From: Alkalispirochaeta sp.
GTDB taxonomy: Bacteria > Spirochaetota > Spirochaetia > DSM-27196 > Alkalispirochaetaceae
Assembly (NCBI GenBank): GCA_965242725.1
Contig: CBDESZ010000004.1
Span: 160,001-224,000, forward strand
Length of the DNA stretch: 64,000 bases
Direction: 5' to 3'
The notes beneath the pieces were generated by a model. The model did no database searches. It had not been told where the DNA came from and saw only the letters and a program-made list of their open reading frames with translations. The first letter of the stretch is position 1, and the number at the start of each line of letters is the position of its first letter. Shown piece after piece: positions 29,254 through 40,095 of this stretch. The translations under genes were made by a program, and so were the position numbers.

Positions 29254-30177
29254 CTACTCGCCCTCCTTGGATTCGTAATAGACCCAGAAATTGGCCGACC
29301 GGAAGATCAGTGCGGTGAACACTCCGATGATCACAACGAGGACCCACGCCAGGGCGCTGGCGTATCCCATTTCCGAGTAACGGAAGGCCCGGCGGTACAT
29401 GTACAACGCATAGACGAGGGTGCTGTTCAGGGGATCTCCCGTTCCACCGGAGACGACAAATGCCTGGGTGAAGACGGTAAAACCGTGCACCATTTGCATC
29501 ACCAGATTGAAGAATATGATAGGCGTCATGTAGGGGACGGTGATACGAAAAAATTTTGCTATTGCGCCGGCACCGTCGATATCGGCGGCGTCGTAGTAGG
29601 TGTCGGGGATCTGTTTGAGTCCCGCCAGAAAAATGAGCATCGATGACCCAAACTGCCATACCGCAAGGATGATCAGCGTTCCCAGTGCCGTCTGCGGGTC
29701 GCCGATCCAGGAGCGGGTGGAAGGTATCCCTATGGCGGTAAGCATTGCGTTTATCGCGCCGTCTGCCATGAAGAGGCGTCGCCACATGACCGCCACGGCG
29801 ATGCTTCCTCCGACGATGGAAGGGATGTAGTAGACGGCCTGATATATGCGGACGCCCCTGGCCCCGCGGTTAAAGAGCATCGCCACGAAAAAGGCGAAGA
29901 GGAGGCGCAGGGGAACCGAAACGAACGCATAGGCAAAGGTGACCTTCAGGGACTGCCAGAAAAGATCGTCCCGGACCATCCGTCGGTAATTTTCAACGCC
30001 GTGAAAGACCGGTTCCGAAAGAATGTGATAGGAACTGAAGGAGTAATAGAGCGAACTGAGAATGGGAATGATAAGGAATGCGAGAAATCCGAGAAGCCAG
30101 GGAGTTATGAATACATACCCCGTAAATCCATCACGGGAAAGCAGGGGTGTCTTTGGCGGCAGTGCTGAATGTGTCAT
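29254..30177 (-). CDS. Carbohydrate ABC transporter permease
   Basis: WQFGSSMLIFLAGLKQIP, DAADIDGA, MGYASA. Confidence 0.92.
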   Translation of the reverse strand: MTHSALPPKTPLLSRDGFTGYVFITPWLLGFLAFLIIPILSSLYYSFSSYHILSEPVFHGVENYRRMVRDDLFWQSLKVTFAYAFVSVPLRLLFAFFVAMLFNRGARGVRIYQAVYYIPSIVGGSIAVAVMWRRLFMADGAINAMLTAIGIPSTRSWIGDPQTALGTLIILAVWQFGSSMLIFLAGLKQIPDTYYDAADIDGAGAIAKFFRITVPYMTPIIFFNLVMQMVHGFTVFTQAFVVSGGTGDPLNSTLVYALYMYRRAFRYSEMGYASALAWVLVVIIGVFTALIFRSANFWVYYESKEGE

Positions 30178-30267
30178 GTACCTCTCTCAAACTGCGGGTG
30201 GATACTCCTTCGATACTTCTCCGGAGATATCCACCCGGGCATACGAATAGATCCGGTTTCTCCGTTC

Positions 30268-31572
30268 CTACCGGGAGAGAATCCGGTTTCCGTCGGTCAA
30301 AATGCGATTGACTCCTTCATCGACGGAAATACGTTCCATGAGGATTTCCTGCGTCGTCGTATTGATCAAATCGACCACCTCGGCGGCGTTGTCAGGATCG
30401 GGCAGGGGAATGGGGCTCGAGTTGTCGCCGGCGAGGGCGATAAAATCGAAAATTCTCCTGTTGACGGCGTCCACCTCCTCCGCCAGAGCTGCCCGGACAT
30501 CCGATGGGATGGGTACGCCCCGTTCCGCCGTAAGAATGTCCCGGTTCACTTCAATATCGTTGACAAAGAAGTCGAGAAACCGCGCTGCTTCATCAGGGTT
30601 TTCCGCATGGGCCGTCATGGCAAAAAACATCGACGGTTTGAGGTACGTACCAGGTCGCCGTCCGGCGGATACGTGGGGAAGCAGTGCCATGGTAAGTTCT
30701 ATATCACTCGCCGCCTGAAAGGAGACAAGCTGGTTGCTCCAGATCCAGTCGATCCAGGCGTTGCCCTTTGCAAGTTCATCCTCCTCGGGGGTGACGTTCA
30801 GGAAGGCGACTTCCGGGGCGATGAGCGCCCCCGCTTCCTTTATCCGCAGCTGCACTTCAAAGAACTCCCGCAACGTCGGGGTGTCGGTAAACCCGAGAGA
30901 TGTTCCATCTTCGGAAAAGATCGTCTGCCCGATCTGGATGAGGGCGTTTTCCAGTCCGTGACGGGGATCACCGGAAACGATGGGCATCATCTGCAGGCCC
31001 GTTTCTTCATAAACCGCAATGGCGATGCGTTCAAGATCGGAAAGGGACCATTCGGTGGAGTCCAGTTCGTCGATGCCGGCCCGGCGCAGCGCGTCCGCTC
31101 TGTATACGGCGGTCAGCGCATTGGTACCGAGACTGATGCCATAGATGCCGTCGTTGAAACGACCTCCCGACAGAAAGGAGTCCGAAATATCTTCTGTCTG
31201 TATGACGCCCGACTCTATGTAGGGTGTCAGGTCGGTGAGGAGTCCCCGCTGTACCCACTCATAGATCATCGAGTAGTCATGCTGCATCAGGTCGGGGAGG
31301 CTGCCGGCGGCGGCCTGGGTATTGATGCGGTCCCAGTAACCTCCCCAGCCGACCGTCTCCAGTTCTATCGCCACGTCGGGGTGGCGCTGCATATAAAGGT
31401 CGACCGCTCCTTCCGTCTTGGCGTCACGGGTGGGATTTCCCCACCATGCAAGACGCATGTAGGATGTATCGGAATCGACCTCGCCCTGTCCGCTTGCCGC
31501 AACGGGCAATGCTGCAACGAGCGTCATCATCACGATTATAGTCGCGTACCGCAAAACTCGTCCGTTTCTCAT
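30268..31572 (-). CDS. Carbohydrate ABC transporter substrate-binding protein
   Basis: Signal peptide; LAWWGNPTR, AGSLPDLMQ, YLKPSM, ERGVP; AAGGAGG SD. Confidence 0.9.
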   Translation of the reverse strand: MRNGRVLRYATIIVMMTLVAALPVAASGQGEVDSDTSYMRLAWWGNPTRDAKTEGAVDLYMQRHPDVAIELETVGWGGYWDRINTQAAAGSLPDLMQHDYSMIYEWVQRGLLTDLTPYIESGVIQTEDISDSFLSGGRFNDGIYGISLGTNALTAVYRADALRRAGIDELDSTEWSLSDLERIAIAVYEETGLQMMPIVSGDPRHGLENALIQIGQTIFSEDGTSLGFTDTPTLREFFEVQLRIKEAGALIAPEVAFLNVTPEEDELAKGNAWIDWIWSNQLVSFQAASDIELTMALLPHVSAGRRPGTYLKPSMFFAMTAHAENPDEAARFLDFFVNDIEVNRDILTAERGVPIPSDVRAALAEEVDAVNRRIFDFIALAGDNSSPIPLPDPDNAAEVVDLINTTTQEILMERISVDEGVNRILTDGNRILSR

Positions 31573-31668
31573 TTGAAACCTCCTTGCATCGTTATATGCC
31601 ACAGACGTGCATCTGTGACTCCGCCGGGACTGTAATAACTCCGTGTGTCGCCACCCCTCCTTTCACCG

Positions 31669-32652
31669 TCACGGGTTCTTGCCGCCGCAGGATTCCCGTA
31701 TCACCAACTGGTGTCCCATGACGATCTGTACGGCCTGTTCACCGCTGTTCTCTATGAGTCGTTTCAAGACGTCAAATGAGGCCGCTCCGGCGGCCCGAAA
31801 GGGAAAGCGAATGGTAGTCAATGCGGGATTCATCAGTTCCGCCTGGCCGGCATCGTCCATTCCGACGATCGAAATATCGTCGGGCACGTTCAACCCGTGG
31901 CGGCGGACGACGCGGATGAAACGCAGTGCGTGTTCGTCACATGCGGCAAACCACGCGGGAGGAAGATCCCCGGTCTGCAGAAGACGCTCAACCGCCTCCT
32001 CAAGGTCGCCGTGGGTATCGTAATCCAGACAGCTTGGCGGGACAGGTACGCCCCGTTCCTCATGTGCCTGGAAGTACCCCTTCCGCTTTTCCGCGTCCAG
32101 CCGGTATGTTGAACCCCATCCCCACGTGCCGACCTCACGGAATCCGCGGTCAAAGAGATAATTTACCGCGTCCCGTGCTGCGGCTTGGTGATCCGCGGAG
32201 ACCCAACTTGTCCGGTGGTCGTGAAATACGCGGTTTACAAAAACATGGGGAATTCCCGCGGCAGTGAGCCGCTCCGACTCAAACTGTTCTTCTTCAACCG
32301 TTCTTCCGAGAAAGAGCACACCGGCAGGTGCGCGATCACTCCCCGCCCCGGGACGAAGATCGAGGGCGCTTCCGGTCTTGAGATGGACGTGGAACCCTTC
32401 AGACTCGGCGCGGTCCATAAAACCTGAAATGGAGAGGTCATATCCCTTGAACGATTTGAAATCGGAACGAACGGAAATGAGAAGCGTTTTTCCCCGATGG
32501 ACTGAAAATCCGTCGGGCTCGAAGTTCAGCTCCCGCATCGCCACGAGCAGGGCATCCCGTGCGGCGGGACGCACGTTATCGCCACGGAGGAACCGAAATA
32601 CCGTACTCCGGGAGACGCCCGATTGCTGAACCAAGTCGTCGATTTTTGCCAC
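31669..32652 (-). CDS. LacI family transcriptional regulator
   Basis: SGVSRSTVFR HTH; VPDDISIVGMDD, PALTTI. Confidence 0.9.
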   Translation of the reverse strand: MAKIDDLVQQSGVSRSTVFRFLRGDNVRPAARDALLVAMRELNFEPDGFSVHRGKTLLISVRSDFKSFKGYDLSISGFMDRAESEGFHVHLKTGSALDLRPGAGSDRAPAGVLFLGRTVEEEQFESERLTAAGIPHVFVNRVFHDHRTSWVSADHQAAARDAVNYLFDRGFREVGTWGWGSTYRLDAEKRKGYFQAHEERGVPVPPSCLDYDTHGDLEEAVERLLQTGDLPPAWFAACDEHALRFIRVVRRHGLNVPDDISIVGMDDAGQAELMNPALTTIRFPFRAAGAASFDVLKRLIENSGEQAVQIVMGHQLVIRESCGGKNP

Positions 32653-32668
32653 AGTAATCTCACTTAAT

Positions 32669-32684
32669 TGACACTATAGTCTCA
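32669..32684. promoter_or_regulatory. Near-palindrome TGACACTATAGTCTCA, putative LacI-family autoregulatory operator
   Basis: 14 of 16 positions palindromic; overlaps a minus-strand promoter whose TTGACA lies at 32699-32704. Confidence 0.45.
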
Positions 32685-32820
32685 CTGAAATAACACTATG
32701 TCAACAAAAAAAAGTGTGTTCCGGTCTTTTCCGGAATTGGGCGGTATGAGATACCCATCACGGATGACAGCCTGGAAATTACGGGTTATTGTCGGGAACG
32801 GTAGTCAAAGATTGTCTGTT

Positions 32821-34503
32821 ATGAAGTTTGGAAGGATCGGCGTAATCATCGTCGCCGCGACGGGTGCTGTGATTGCCCTCAGTATCGCACTCGCTGTCGG
32901 TGACTCCACCGCGGTGCCAGACCTCGATTTCGCACCTCCCGGGCAGTACCCCGTTGCGGATACGCCGGTTGAACTTACGGGATTTATTCCCGGTGTGGGT
33001 TTCATCCCCGATACTGAATCCAATGCCGTCATGGCGTACGTCGCGGGACGCACCAATATTCACGTCAACTGGATACAGTCCAACAAACTGACGGCCCGCG
33101 ATGAAATCAGCCTGCTTCTCGCAGGAGAGGAGTACCCTGGAATCATCCAGGGCGCCAGCGGAAGTGGCCTGTCCATGGAGGACCTCGTCAGGTACGGATC
33201 ACGGGGTATCATCCTTCCCCTCAACCAGCTCATCGAAGATCACGGATACCATATCAAGGAGATGTTTGACGCGGTGCCCGGCATCAAGGCGGCAATCACT
33301 GCACGTGACGGCAATATTTACGGGCTGCCGGCGGTCTTCACCGACGATTACCACATGACCATGCGGCAGAAATTGTGGATCAACCGGGAGTGGATCGATC
33401 GACTCGGGCTGGACCTCCCCACAACAACGGAGGATTTCTATGCGGTCATGGTCGCCTTCCGGGATCGCGATGCCAATGGAAACGGGGATCCCACCGATGA
33501 GGTACCCATGACCGGTGCCCGGCGCAGTCTGGAAGACCTGGCGATGTGGATCATGAATGCCTTTGTACCGGCCGGTGGATCCGATGAAAGCGGGGACGCC
33601 CATCTGAATAATTATGAGTTTATCATCGACGGCAAGGTATCTTTCAGCGCCAACACGCCGGAGTTCCGCGAAGGGCTGCGTTACATACGTCGTCTCTATG
33701 ACGAAGACCTCTTTCACATCGCCGCGCTTACACAGGACCGGATACAGATCCGCCCGCTCCTGGAACGGGACGAAGTGCAGCGGGTGGGCGCGGTGGCGTC
33801 ACACCACCCCGGTAACTTCACGACCATCGGGGACGATCCGACGTTGCCGTTTCGACAATATGTCGCGCTTCCTCCAATCACCGGCCCCGAGGGAGTGGGA
33901 CATACACCATGGTTTTCCGACGCCATCATCGAGCAGGGACAGTTTGTCATAACCGATGCCGTCGAGAGTCCGGAAGCGGCGATTCGTCTGGGTGACTTCT
34001 ATTACAGTCTGGAGTTTGCGGAAGTTGAAAAGGGGATAGAAGGAGTACATTGGCGGAGAGTGGAGCCCGAAGAGGCGCTTCCTGCTATCGGCGGCGGCGT
34101 TGCCCGGTACGAGTACCTCAAGACCCTCGTTCCCGAGGACAATGCCCAGATCAATCTCGGGCCAATCTGGACACGGAATCTGAAAAACGAGTATGCCCGG
34201 AGCGACGGATTTTCCTATGAGGAGATGCTCCATCGTTCAACTTTGCCCTATGAGCCGTATAAGGTGCGAGTCTTTCCCTATTCCACCATTTCAATCGCCA
34301 CCGGCGCGATCGAGGAGTTCAACGATTTGCGTCGGACGATTCATACCTATGTCGGTGAATCGGTGGACCGATTTATCATCGGAGAACTGGATATAGATCG
34401 TGACTGGGAGACCTATCTCCGTCATCTCAACCGTTTGGGGTTGCCCCGTTATCGTGAAATGCTCCATGCGGCCTATGTACGACTGGAGCGCGGCTCACCA
34501 TGA
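32821..34503 (+). CDS. Extracellular solute-binding protein (family 1, LplA-like)
   Basis: N-terminal hydrophobic segment; DGNIYGLP, DANGNGDPTDEVP, FIIGELDIDRDW. Confidence 0.85.
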   Translation: MKFGRIGVIIVAATGAVIALSIALAVGDSTAVPDLDFAPPGQYPVADTPVELTGFIPGVGFIPDTESNAVMAYVAGRTNIHVNWIQSNKLTARDEISLLLAGEEYPGIIQGASGSGLSMEDLVRYGSRGIILPLNQLIEDHGYHIKEMFDAVPGIKAAITARDGNIYGLPAVFTDDYHMTMRQKLWINREWIDRLGLDLPTTTEDFYAVMVAFRDRDANGNGDPTDEVPMTGARRSLEDLAMWIMNAFVPAGGSDESGDAHLNNYEFIIDGKVSFSANTPEFREGLRYIRRLYDEDLFHIAALTQDRIQIRPLLERDEVQRVGAVASHHPGNFTTIGDDPTLPFRQYVALPPITGPEGVGHTPWFSDAIIEQGQFVITDAVESPEAAIRLGDFYYSLEFAEVEKGIEGVHWRRVEPEEALPAIGGGVARYEYLKTLVPEDNAQINLGPIWTRNLKNEYARSDGFSYEEMLHRSTLPYEPYKVRVFPYSTISIATGAIEEFNDLRRTIHTYVGESVDRFIIGELDIDRDWETYLRHLNRLGLPRYREMLHAAYVRLERGSP

Positions 34504-36785
34504 CGATCCGGTTCTCCCGATTGCGCCGTACCGGCGCCCGGCGTCTGTTTCTGCGGTATGCTATAAATAACATCCTCTTACTTGCCCTTCCACTCTGCAT
34601 AGCCGTCATTTATTACGGCGTTTCCGTTCCGGTGCTCAGGGACGGTATCGACTCCTTCGCGGAGGCGCAGCTCAAACAGAGTATCGATGTCATCGACCGG
34701 GAGTTCTGGGAGCTGGACAAAATGGTCAATCGGGTAGGCAATGACTACGACATCAATTTCTATCTCAGCAACAACGGGCGATTCACCGACATGGAGTACT
34801 ACGGACTGCACAACCTATCCGCGAAACTCGCTCCCTACGTGCAGGGAAGTCCCATTGTCAGTCACGTCCTGCTCTATTTGCACCGCAGCAGGACCCTGAT
34901 CAGCGAATCGAGCTTCGGATACTACGACGACTACTACGGGACTGTCGTATCCGTGGAGGGATATGAGGCGGATCAATGGCAGTCGGTCTTTCTTTCTTCC
35001 CTTCGGCAGACCGAATTTCTCCCGTCGGTGAGTGTCAGGATGCACGGAAATGAGTTTGACGCCCACCTCTACCGGAGCAATATCGGCTACGGAGACTACT
35101 ACCGAGGATCGCTGGTGGCAGTCATTTCTGCCGACGAGCTGCGTGGTTTTCTCGCCCGGACACCGCAGCAGTACGGCGGATGGGTACACGTAAGTACCGC
35201 CCGTGGTAAACCTGTCGTCACCACCGATCCTGACGCAGAGACGGTCGTGACTGCGGCGATTCCCGTTGAAGGGAGACAGTCGACGACGATCAACGGCGAA
35301 CGGTTACGTCTCTATCGCATGACCTCTCCCGTCACGGGGTGGCGATATACCGCCGCGTTGAATGAGACGCTCGTTTTTGCGGAAGTACGCCTCGTCCGCA
35401 CCATCGCCCTCGTACTTTTGTCCCTCGGTCTCGTTGCGGGCCTTGGTGTTTCCTATCTCTTTGCATTCCGTTCCAGCAAACCCTGGATGCGGCTCTTTGA
35501 CATCGTCGGTCAGGAGTCGTTCACGTCCGCTCCCCGCCCGGTGAGTGCGTACCGTGAGCTGGAATCGGCAATTGATATACTGGCAAATCGCCATCGTCGC
35601 ATGGAAGAGGAGATCGGCGCCGCGGAAGAGATGACGCGGCACTATTTCTTTCAGAACGTACTCCGCGGCGCCCACCGCAGCCGCCGTGACTTTGAGCGTG
35701 GCCGGAATGAGTTCGGTGTCGCCTTTTCGTCGCACCCGCACTATGTGATTGTAGCGAGGATCATGCCGTTGAACGCCGTACGCGGCGATGAGACGTACCG
35801 TCATTTGCGGGATGAGCTTTCGTCGGCGATTGACTCGTGCCGGGGCAATAAGGATGTGATGGTACCCATCTCCTTTGACGATATCGTTCTCATTCGGGAG
35901 ATCGATCCCGCCGCGGGCCTCCATGAGGATGCGACGACACTCATCACCACGATCCGCAGGGCTATCAATTTCGCCCTGCGTGGAGATTACTGCTATGGTA
36001 TCGGTACCGCCGTGGAGGAACCCTTCCTTCTTACCCTCTCCTACAATCAGGCGATGACGGCAGTGACACCCCTCGACGGGGAAGGTCACGATCTCATGCG
36101 CTTTTACGACGAAGTTACCGATTCCTCCGTCTTCTATTCCTACCCGCTGGACGTGGAGGAAAGCCTGATCCGCGCGGTGAGGGCGGGCAACCACGAGCTC
36201 GTCTCCCAGCTCATCTCATCCCTGGAACGGGAGAACTTTGACAACCGCCGCCTGACCGATGCAGAGGTGGACGACCTTTTTGTGGAGCTGAAAGGGACCA
36301 TACTCAAACTCTATAACGCCATGCCCGGGGGGAACGCCTGGCCCGATCACCGATACGACCAATGGTGGGCTATGGGACCGACCCGGGAGAAGCTGCATCG
36401 CTTTGAAGCGCTGTGCCGTCAACTCGGCGATCGCTATGACGGCCGGAAACGAAGCCACAACTCCGTCCTCCTTACGGCGATTCAGGAACACCTGGAAGAA
36501 CACTACGCCGATCCGAATCTGGGGCTTACCTCCATGGCCGAAGTGTTCAAAAGGTCGGAAAACTATCTTTCCGGCTTCTACAAGGAACAGACGGGGATGC
36601 GCCTTTCCGACGATATTCAGAAGATCCGCATGGAACGGGCCCGGGAATTGCTGACCGGGGATTTTGAATCGATCGACCGTGTCGCGGAACTGTGCGGTTA
36701 CGCCAATCCGGCGTCGTTCAGACGCGCTTTCAAGCGCGTCTTCGGCGTCTCCCCGTCTGAATTTCGCGTCAGAAGGAACTTGTAG
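34500..36785 (+). CDS. Membrane-anchored AraC family regulator (YesS-like)
   Basis: Two TM helices around an extracytoplasmic domain; C-terminal AraC HTH (CGYANPASFRRAFKRVFGVSPSEFR). Confidence 0.88.
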   Translation: MTIRFSRLRRTGARRLFLRYAINNILLLALPLCIAVIYYGVSVPVLRDGIDSFAEAQLKQSIDVIDREFWELDKMVNRVGNDYDINFYLSNNGRFTDMEYYGLHNLSAKLAPYVQGSPIVSHVLLYLHRSRTLISESSFGYYDDYYGTVVSVEGYEADQWQSVFLSSLRQTEFLPSVSVRMHGNEFDAHLYRSNIGYGDYYRGSLVAVISADELRGFLARTPQQYGGWVHVSTARGKPVVTTDPDAETVVTAAIPVEGRQSTTINGERLRLYRMTSPVTGWRYTAALNETLVFAEVRLVRTIALVLLSLGLVAGLGVSYLFAFRSSKPWMRLFDIVGQESFTSAPRPVSAYRELESAIDILANRHRRMEEEIGAAEEMTRHYFFQNVLRGAHRSRRDFERGRNEFGVAFSSHPHYVIVARIMPLNAVRGDETYRHLRDELSSAIDSCRGNKDVMVPISFDDIVLIREIDPAAGLHEDATTLITTIRRAINFALRGDYCYGIGTAVEEPFLLTLSYNQAMTAVTPLDGEGHDLMRFYDEVTDSSVFYSYPLDVEESLIRAVRAGNHELVSQLISSLERENFDNRRLTDAEVDDLFVELKGTILKLYNAMPGGNAWPDHRYDQWWAMGPTREKLHRFEALCRQLGDRYDGRKRSHNSVLLTAIQEHLEEHYADPNLGLTSMAEVFKRSENYLSGFYKEQTGMRLSDDIQKIRMERARELLTGDFESIDRVAELCGYANPASFRRAFKRVFGVSPSEFRVRRNL

Positions 36786-36905
36786 CCCTCGATTCGGGGA
36801 AAATGTTCGCTCATCGGGAAATTTGCACCCTATCTCCCGGAGATACTCCGTGATACATGAGTAATACAATGGTTTTTTCGTTCATGCATACAGGAGTTTT
36901 ACACC

Positions 36906-37835
36906 GTGGAGCGTAGGGTACAACTGAAACGCGCAGTATGGGATAACGTCACCTCCTACGCATTTCTCGCCCCGTGGCTCATCGGGTTTCTCGTGCTCAC
37001 CCTCTATCCGATGATCTATTCCCTTTATCTGTCTTTTACCCGATTCAATATCCTCCAACCTCCGGAATGGATCGGCCTGAGAAACTACATAACCATGTTT
37101 GGGGGCAGCGAAGAGGTCCGGGGCGATCCACGGTTCATGAACTCCCTGTGGGTCACCTTTCGCTTTGTCTTCATTTCCGTGCCGGTAAAGCTCGTCTTTG
37201 CCCTCGCCGTCGCGATGCTGATGAATCAGAAGCTGCGGCTTATCCCCTTTTACCGCACCCTCTATTACATACCGACCCTTCTGGGTGGAACGGTCTCGAT
37301 CGCCGTGCTCTGGAGACGCCTCTTTGCCGGCGACGGGGTGATTAACCAGATCCTTGAGATCGCCTTCGGTATCGACGCTCCGGCATGGATTTCCAACCCG
37401 AAATACGCCCTGTATACGCTGATTCTCCTTGCGGTGTGGCAATTCGGCTCACCGATGATCATATTCCTCGCCGGCCTCAAACAGATTCCCGACGAGTACT
37501 ATGAGTCCGCCCGGGTGGACGGGGCAGGGCGAATCCGGCAGTTCATCTCCATAACCCTTCCCGGTCTGTCTCCGATCATTTTCTTCAATCTGGTCATGCA
37601 AATGATCACCGCCTTTCAGTCTTTTACCCAGGCGTACATCATCTCCGGTGGTCAAGGCGGTCCCCTGGACTCGACCATGTTTTACAGCCTCTACCTCTAT
37701 CTTAAGGGATTCGGTTTTGCGGAAATGGGGTACGCCTCGGCGATGGCGTGGTTCCTGCTGGTTCTCATTGCCGTCCTGACGGCGCTTGTCTTCAAATTCT
37801 CCGGGTCTCTCGTGACCTACGGGACGGGAGAGTAA
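36906..37835 (+). CDS. Carbohydrate ABC transporter permease
   Basis: WQFGSPMIIFLAGLKQIP, ESARVDGA. Confidence 0.92.
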   Translation: MERRVQLKRAVWDNVTSYAFLAPWLIGFLVLTLYPMIYSLYLSFTRFNILQPPEWIGLRNYITMFGGSEEVRGDPRFMNSLWVTFRFVFISVPVKLVFALAVAMLMNQKLRLIPFYRTLYYIPTLLGGTVSIAVLWRRLFAGDGVINQILEIAFGIDAPAWISNPKYALYTLILLAVWQFGSPMIIFLAGLKQIPDEYYESARVDGAGRIRQFISITLPGLSPIIFFNLVMQMITAFQSFTQAYIISGGQGGPLDSTMFYSLYLYLKGFGFAEMGYASAMAWFLLVLIAVLTALVFKFSGSLVTYGTGE

Positions 37836-37838
37836 GCG

Positions 37839-38687
37839 ATGACACGACGAACGAGCCAGAGAATTTACGCCGCCGTGTCAAATATGTTCATCATCATTCT
37901 GGGCGTGGGCATGCTCTATCCCGTGGTGTGGCTTATCGCCGCATCCTTCAAGGAGAGCAACACTATCTTCAGCGATCCCAGTCTGTGGCCCAGGGCATTC
38001 ACGCTCCGGAACTATCCCCAGGGGTGGCGGGGCATCGGAATCGTCACCTTCGGCACCTTTTTCAGGAACTCATTTCTCATAAGCGGACTGAGCGTACTGG
38101 CAAACATCATATTCTGCTCCCTCACCGCGTACGCCTTCGGGCGGCTCAAGTTCAAACTGCGGCGCTTCTGGTTTACGGTGATGCTTCTGACGCTGATGCT
38201 TCCCAACCACGTCACGACGATCCCCAGGTACGTGATATTCCGCTCCTTCGGATGGGTCGATACGATCCTGCCCTTTGTGGTGCCCCGTATCTTTGCAACG
38301 GATGCGTTCTTTGTCTTTCTCCTCGTTCAGTTCATACGAAGTCTTCCCAAGGAGCTTGACGAGTCCGCCTATATTGACGGCGCCGGAAAGCTGGGGATTT
38401 ATCTCCGTATCGTCCTTCCCCTGACGGTGCCGGCGCTGGTGACGACGATGCTCTTCTCCTTTCTGTGGACCTGGGACGACTTCTTCAATCAGCTGCTCTT
38501 TCTCAACTCTCCACAGAAGTACACCGTGCCGATGGGACTGCGGCTCTTTCTGGATTCGTCGGGCATGTCGTCGTGGGGACCGATGTTTGCCATGTCCGTA
38601 CTGGCGATCGTACCGGCGTTTATCCTCTTTTTCTCCCTGCAGAAGTATTTCGTGCAGGGAATCGCGACTACGGGAATCAAGGGATAG
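37839..38687 (+). CDS. Carbohydrate ABC transporter permease
   Basis: ELDESAYIDGA, WTWDDFF, QGIATTGIKG. Confidence 0.92.
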   Translation: MTRRTSQRIYAAVSNMFIIILGVGMLYPVVWLIAASFKESNTIFSDPSLWPRAFTLRNYPQGWRGIGIVTFGTFFRNSFLISGLSVLANIIFCSLTAYAFGRLKFKLRRFWFTVMLLTLMLPNHVTTIPRYVIFRSFGWVDTILPFVVPRIFATDAFFVFLLVQFIRSLPKELDESAYIDGAGKLGIYLRIVLPLTVPALVTTMLFSFLWTWDDFFNQLLFLNSPQKYTVPMGLRLFLDSSGMSSWGPMFAMSVLAIVPAFILFFSLQKYFVQGIATTGIKG

Positions 38688-38714
38688 GAATATCCCACAT
38701 AATAGGAGGTTTCT

Positions 38715-40004
38715 ATGAGGAAATCAGTACTGATGGTTCTAACACTGGTCTTCAGCGCCGCTCTGGTATTTGCCGGTGGTGGCCAGGAGTCCGGCGGGGC
38801 CGGATCCGACGGCGTCACCACGATCAGGTGGGCTTACTGGGGAAGCGGAGAGCGGGTGGAAATCAGCCAGGAGGCTATCGAGCTCTACCAGGAGCGCAAT
38901 CCGAACATTCGCGTCAATCCTGAGGTCTCCGGCGGCGCCGGTGATCACTTCATCAAAGTGGACACCCAGCTTGCAGGTGGTGCGGGGCCCGATATCATCC
39001 AAATGGGCGGAAACATCAATGACTACGTCGTCAGGGATGTACTTCTCCCCCTCAACGAGTATGCCGGGACGATCCTGAATACCGATGTCATTGACGACAG
39101 CGCGATTCAGTCGGGAACGATTAACGGCAACCTCTACGGCGTATCCACGGGGGTGACGATGCCGGCGCTTGTCTACAACAAATCCCTCCTTGAACGGGAA
39201 GGAATTCCCCTGCCGGAAGTGTCGATGACCTACGCCGAGTTCCGGGATTATCTGGTGATGCTCCGGGACAATCTGCCCGATGACGTCTATCCCATGATGG
39301 ATATCGGGGCTATGTCATCGAACTCAACGCCCTTCGGCTACTGGTCACGATATAACGGGACGCCCCTGTATGACGCAGAGAACGATCGAACTCCCGTCAC
39401 ACCCGAAGCGGCAACGAGATATCTGGAGCTCTTTCAGGACTATCGTGAAAACGGCCTCATTCCTCCGGCGGACGTTGCCGCAGGATATGCCGAGACAAAC
39501 GCCGATACCTCGGCGATCGTTGCAGGGCGCGTCGCCATCGGCTATCTCTTTACCAACCAGCTCGGCGGATATCAGGCGGCCATGACGGACGAGCTCGATC
39601 TCATCGAGTTCCCCGGCGCGGCGGAAACCAACGCCCTCTGGGTTGCACCGAGTCAGTTCTACACGGTCAACAAAGACTCGGAAAACATCGAGGAGACGGT
39701 GCGCTTCATCAACTTTCTCGTCAATGATCCCGATGCGGCACTGATTCTTGGTAACAATCGCGGTGCTTCGGCGTCCTCTTCTGCCCGCGCCGCCGGCGCA
39801 ACCTCGGAAGCGGACCAGAAGGTCCTGGACTACCTGGAAGCAGCGGCGCCCCACACCTCTCCCGATACACCCCGGGTACCCAATGATACGGAGCTCAACA
39901 GCACGCTCTATCTTCTCTATCAGCAGGTTGCCTTTGGTGAACTCACACCGGAGGAGGGCGGACAGGAGATTTACGATCTCCTCGTGCGGCTGATCGAATC
40001 GTAA
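38715..40004 (+). CDS. Carbohydrate ABC transporter substrate-binding protein
   Basis: Signal peptide FAGGGQE; WAYWGSGER, PDIIQMG; AGGAGG SD. Confidence 0.9.
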   Translation: MRKSVLMVLTLVFSAALVFAGGGQESGGAGSDGVTTIRWAYWGSGERVEISQEAIELYQERNPNIRVNPEVSGGAGDHFIKVDTQLAGGAGPDIIQMGGNINDYVVRDVLLPLNEYAGTILNTDVIDDSAIQSGTINGNLYGVSTGVTMPALVYNKSLLEREGIPLPEVSMTYAEFRDYLVMLRDNLPDDVYPMMDIGAMSSNSTPFGYWSRYNGTPLYDAENDRTPVTPEAATRYLELFQDYRENGLIPPADVAAGYAETNADTSAIVAGRVAIGYLFTNQLGGYQAAMTDELDLIEFPGAAETNALWVAPSQFYTVNKDSENIEETVRFINFLVNDPDAALILGNNRGASASSSARAAGATSEADQKVLDYLEAAAPHTSPDTPRVPNDTELNSTLYLLYQQVAFGELTPEEGGQEIYDLLVRLIES

Positions 40005-40095
40005 TGTAGACGGCGAGGTTCTCCTCGCCCGAGGGCCGCCCTCCAGGGCGGCCTCTGTAGTATTCACAAGCTTGTTGAAATGCAGGGTGTAACAC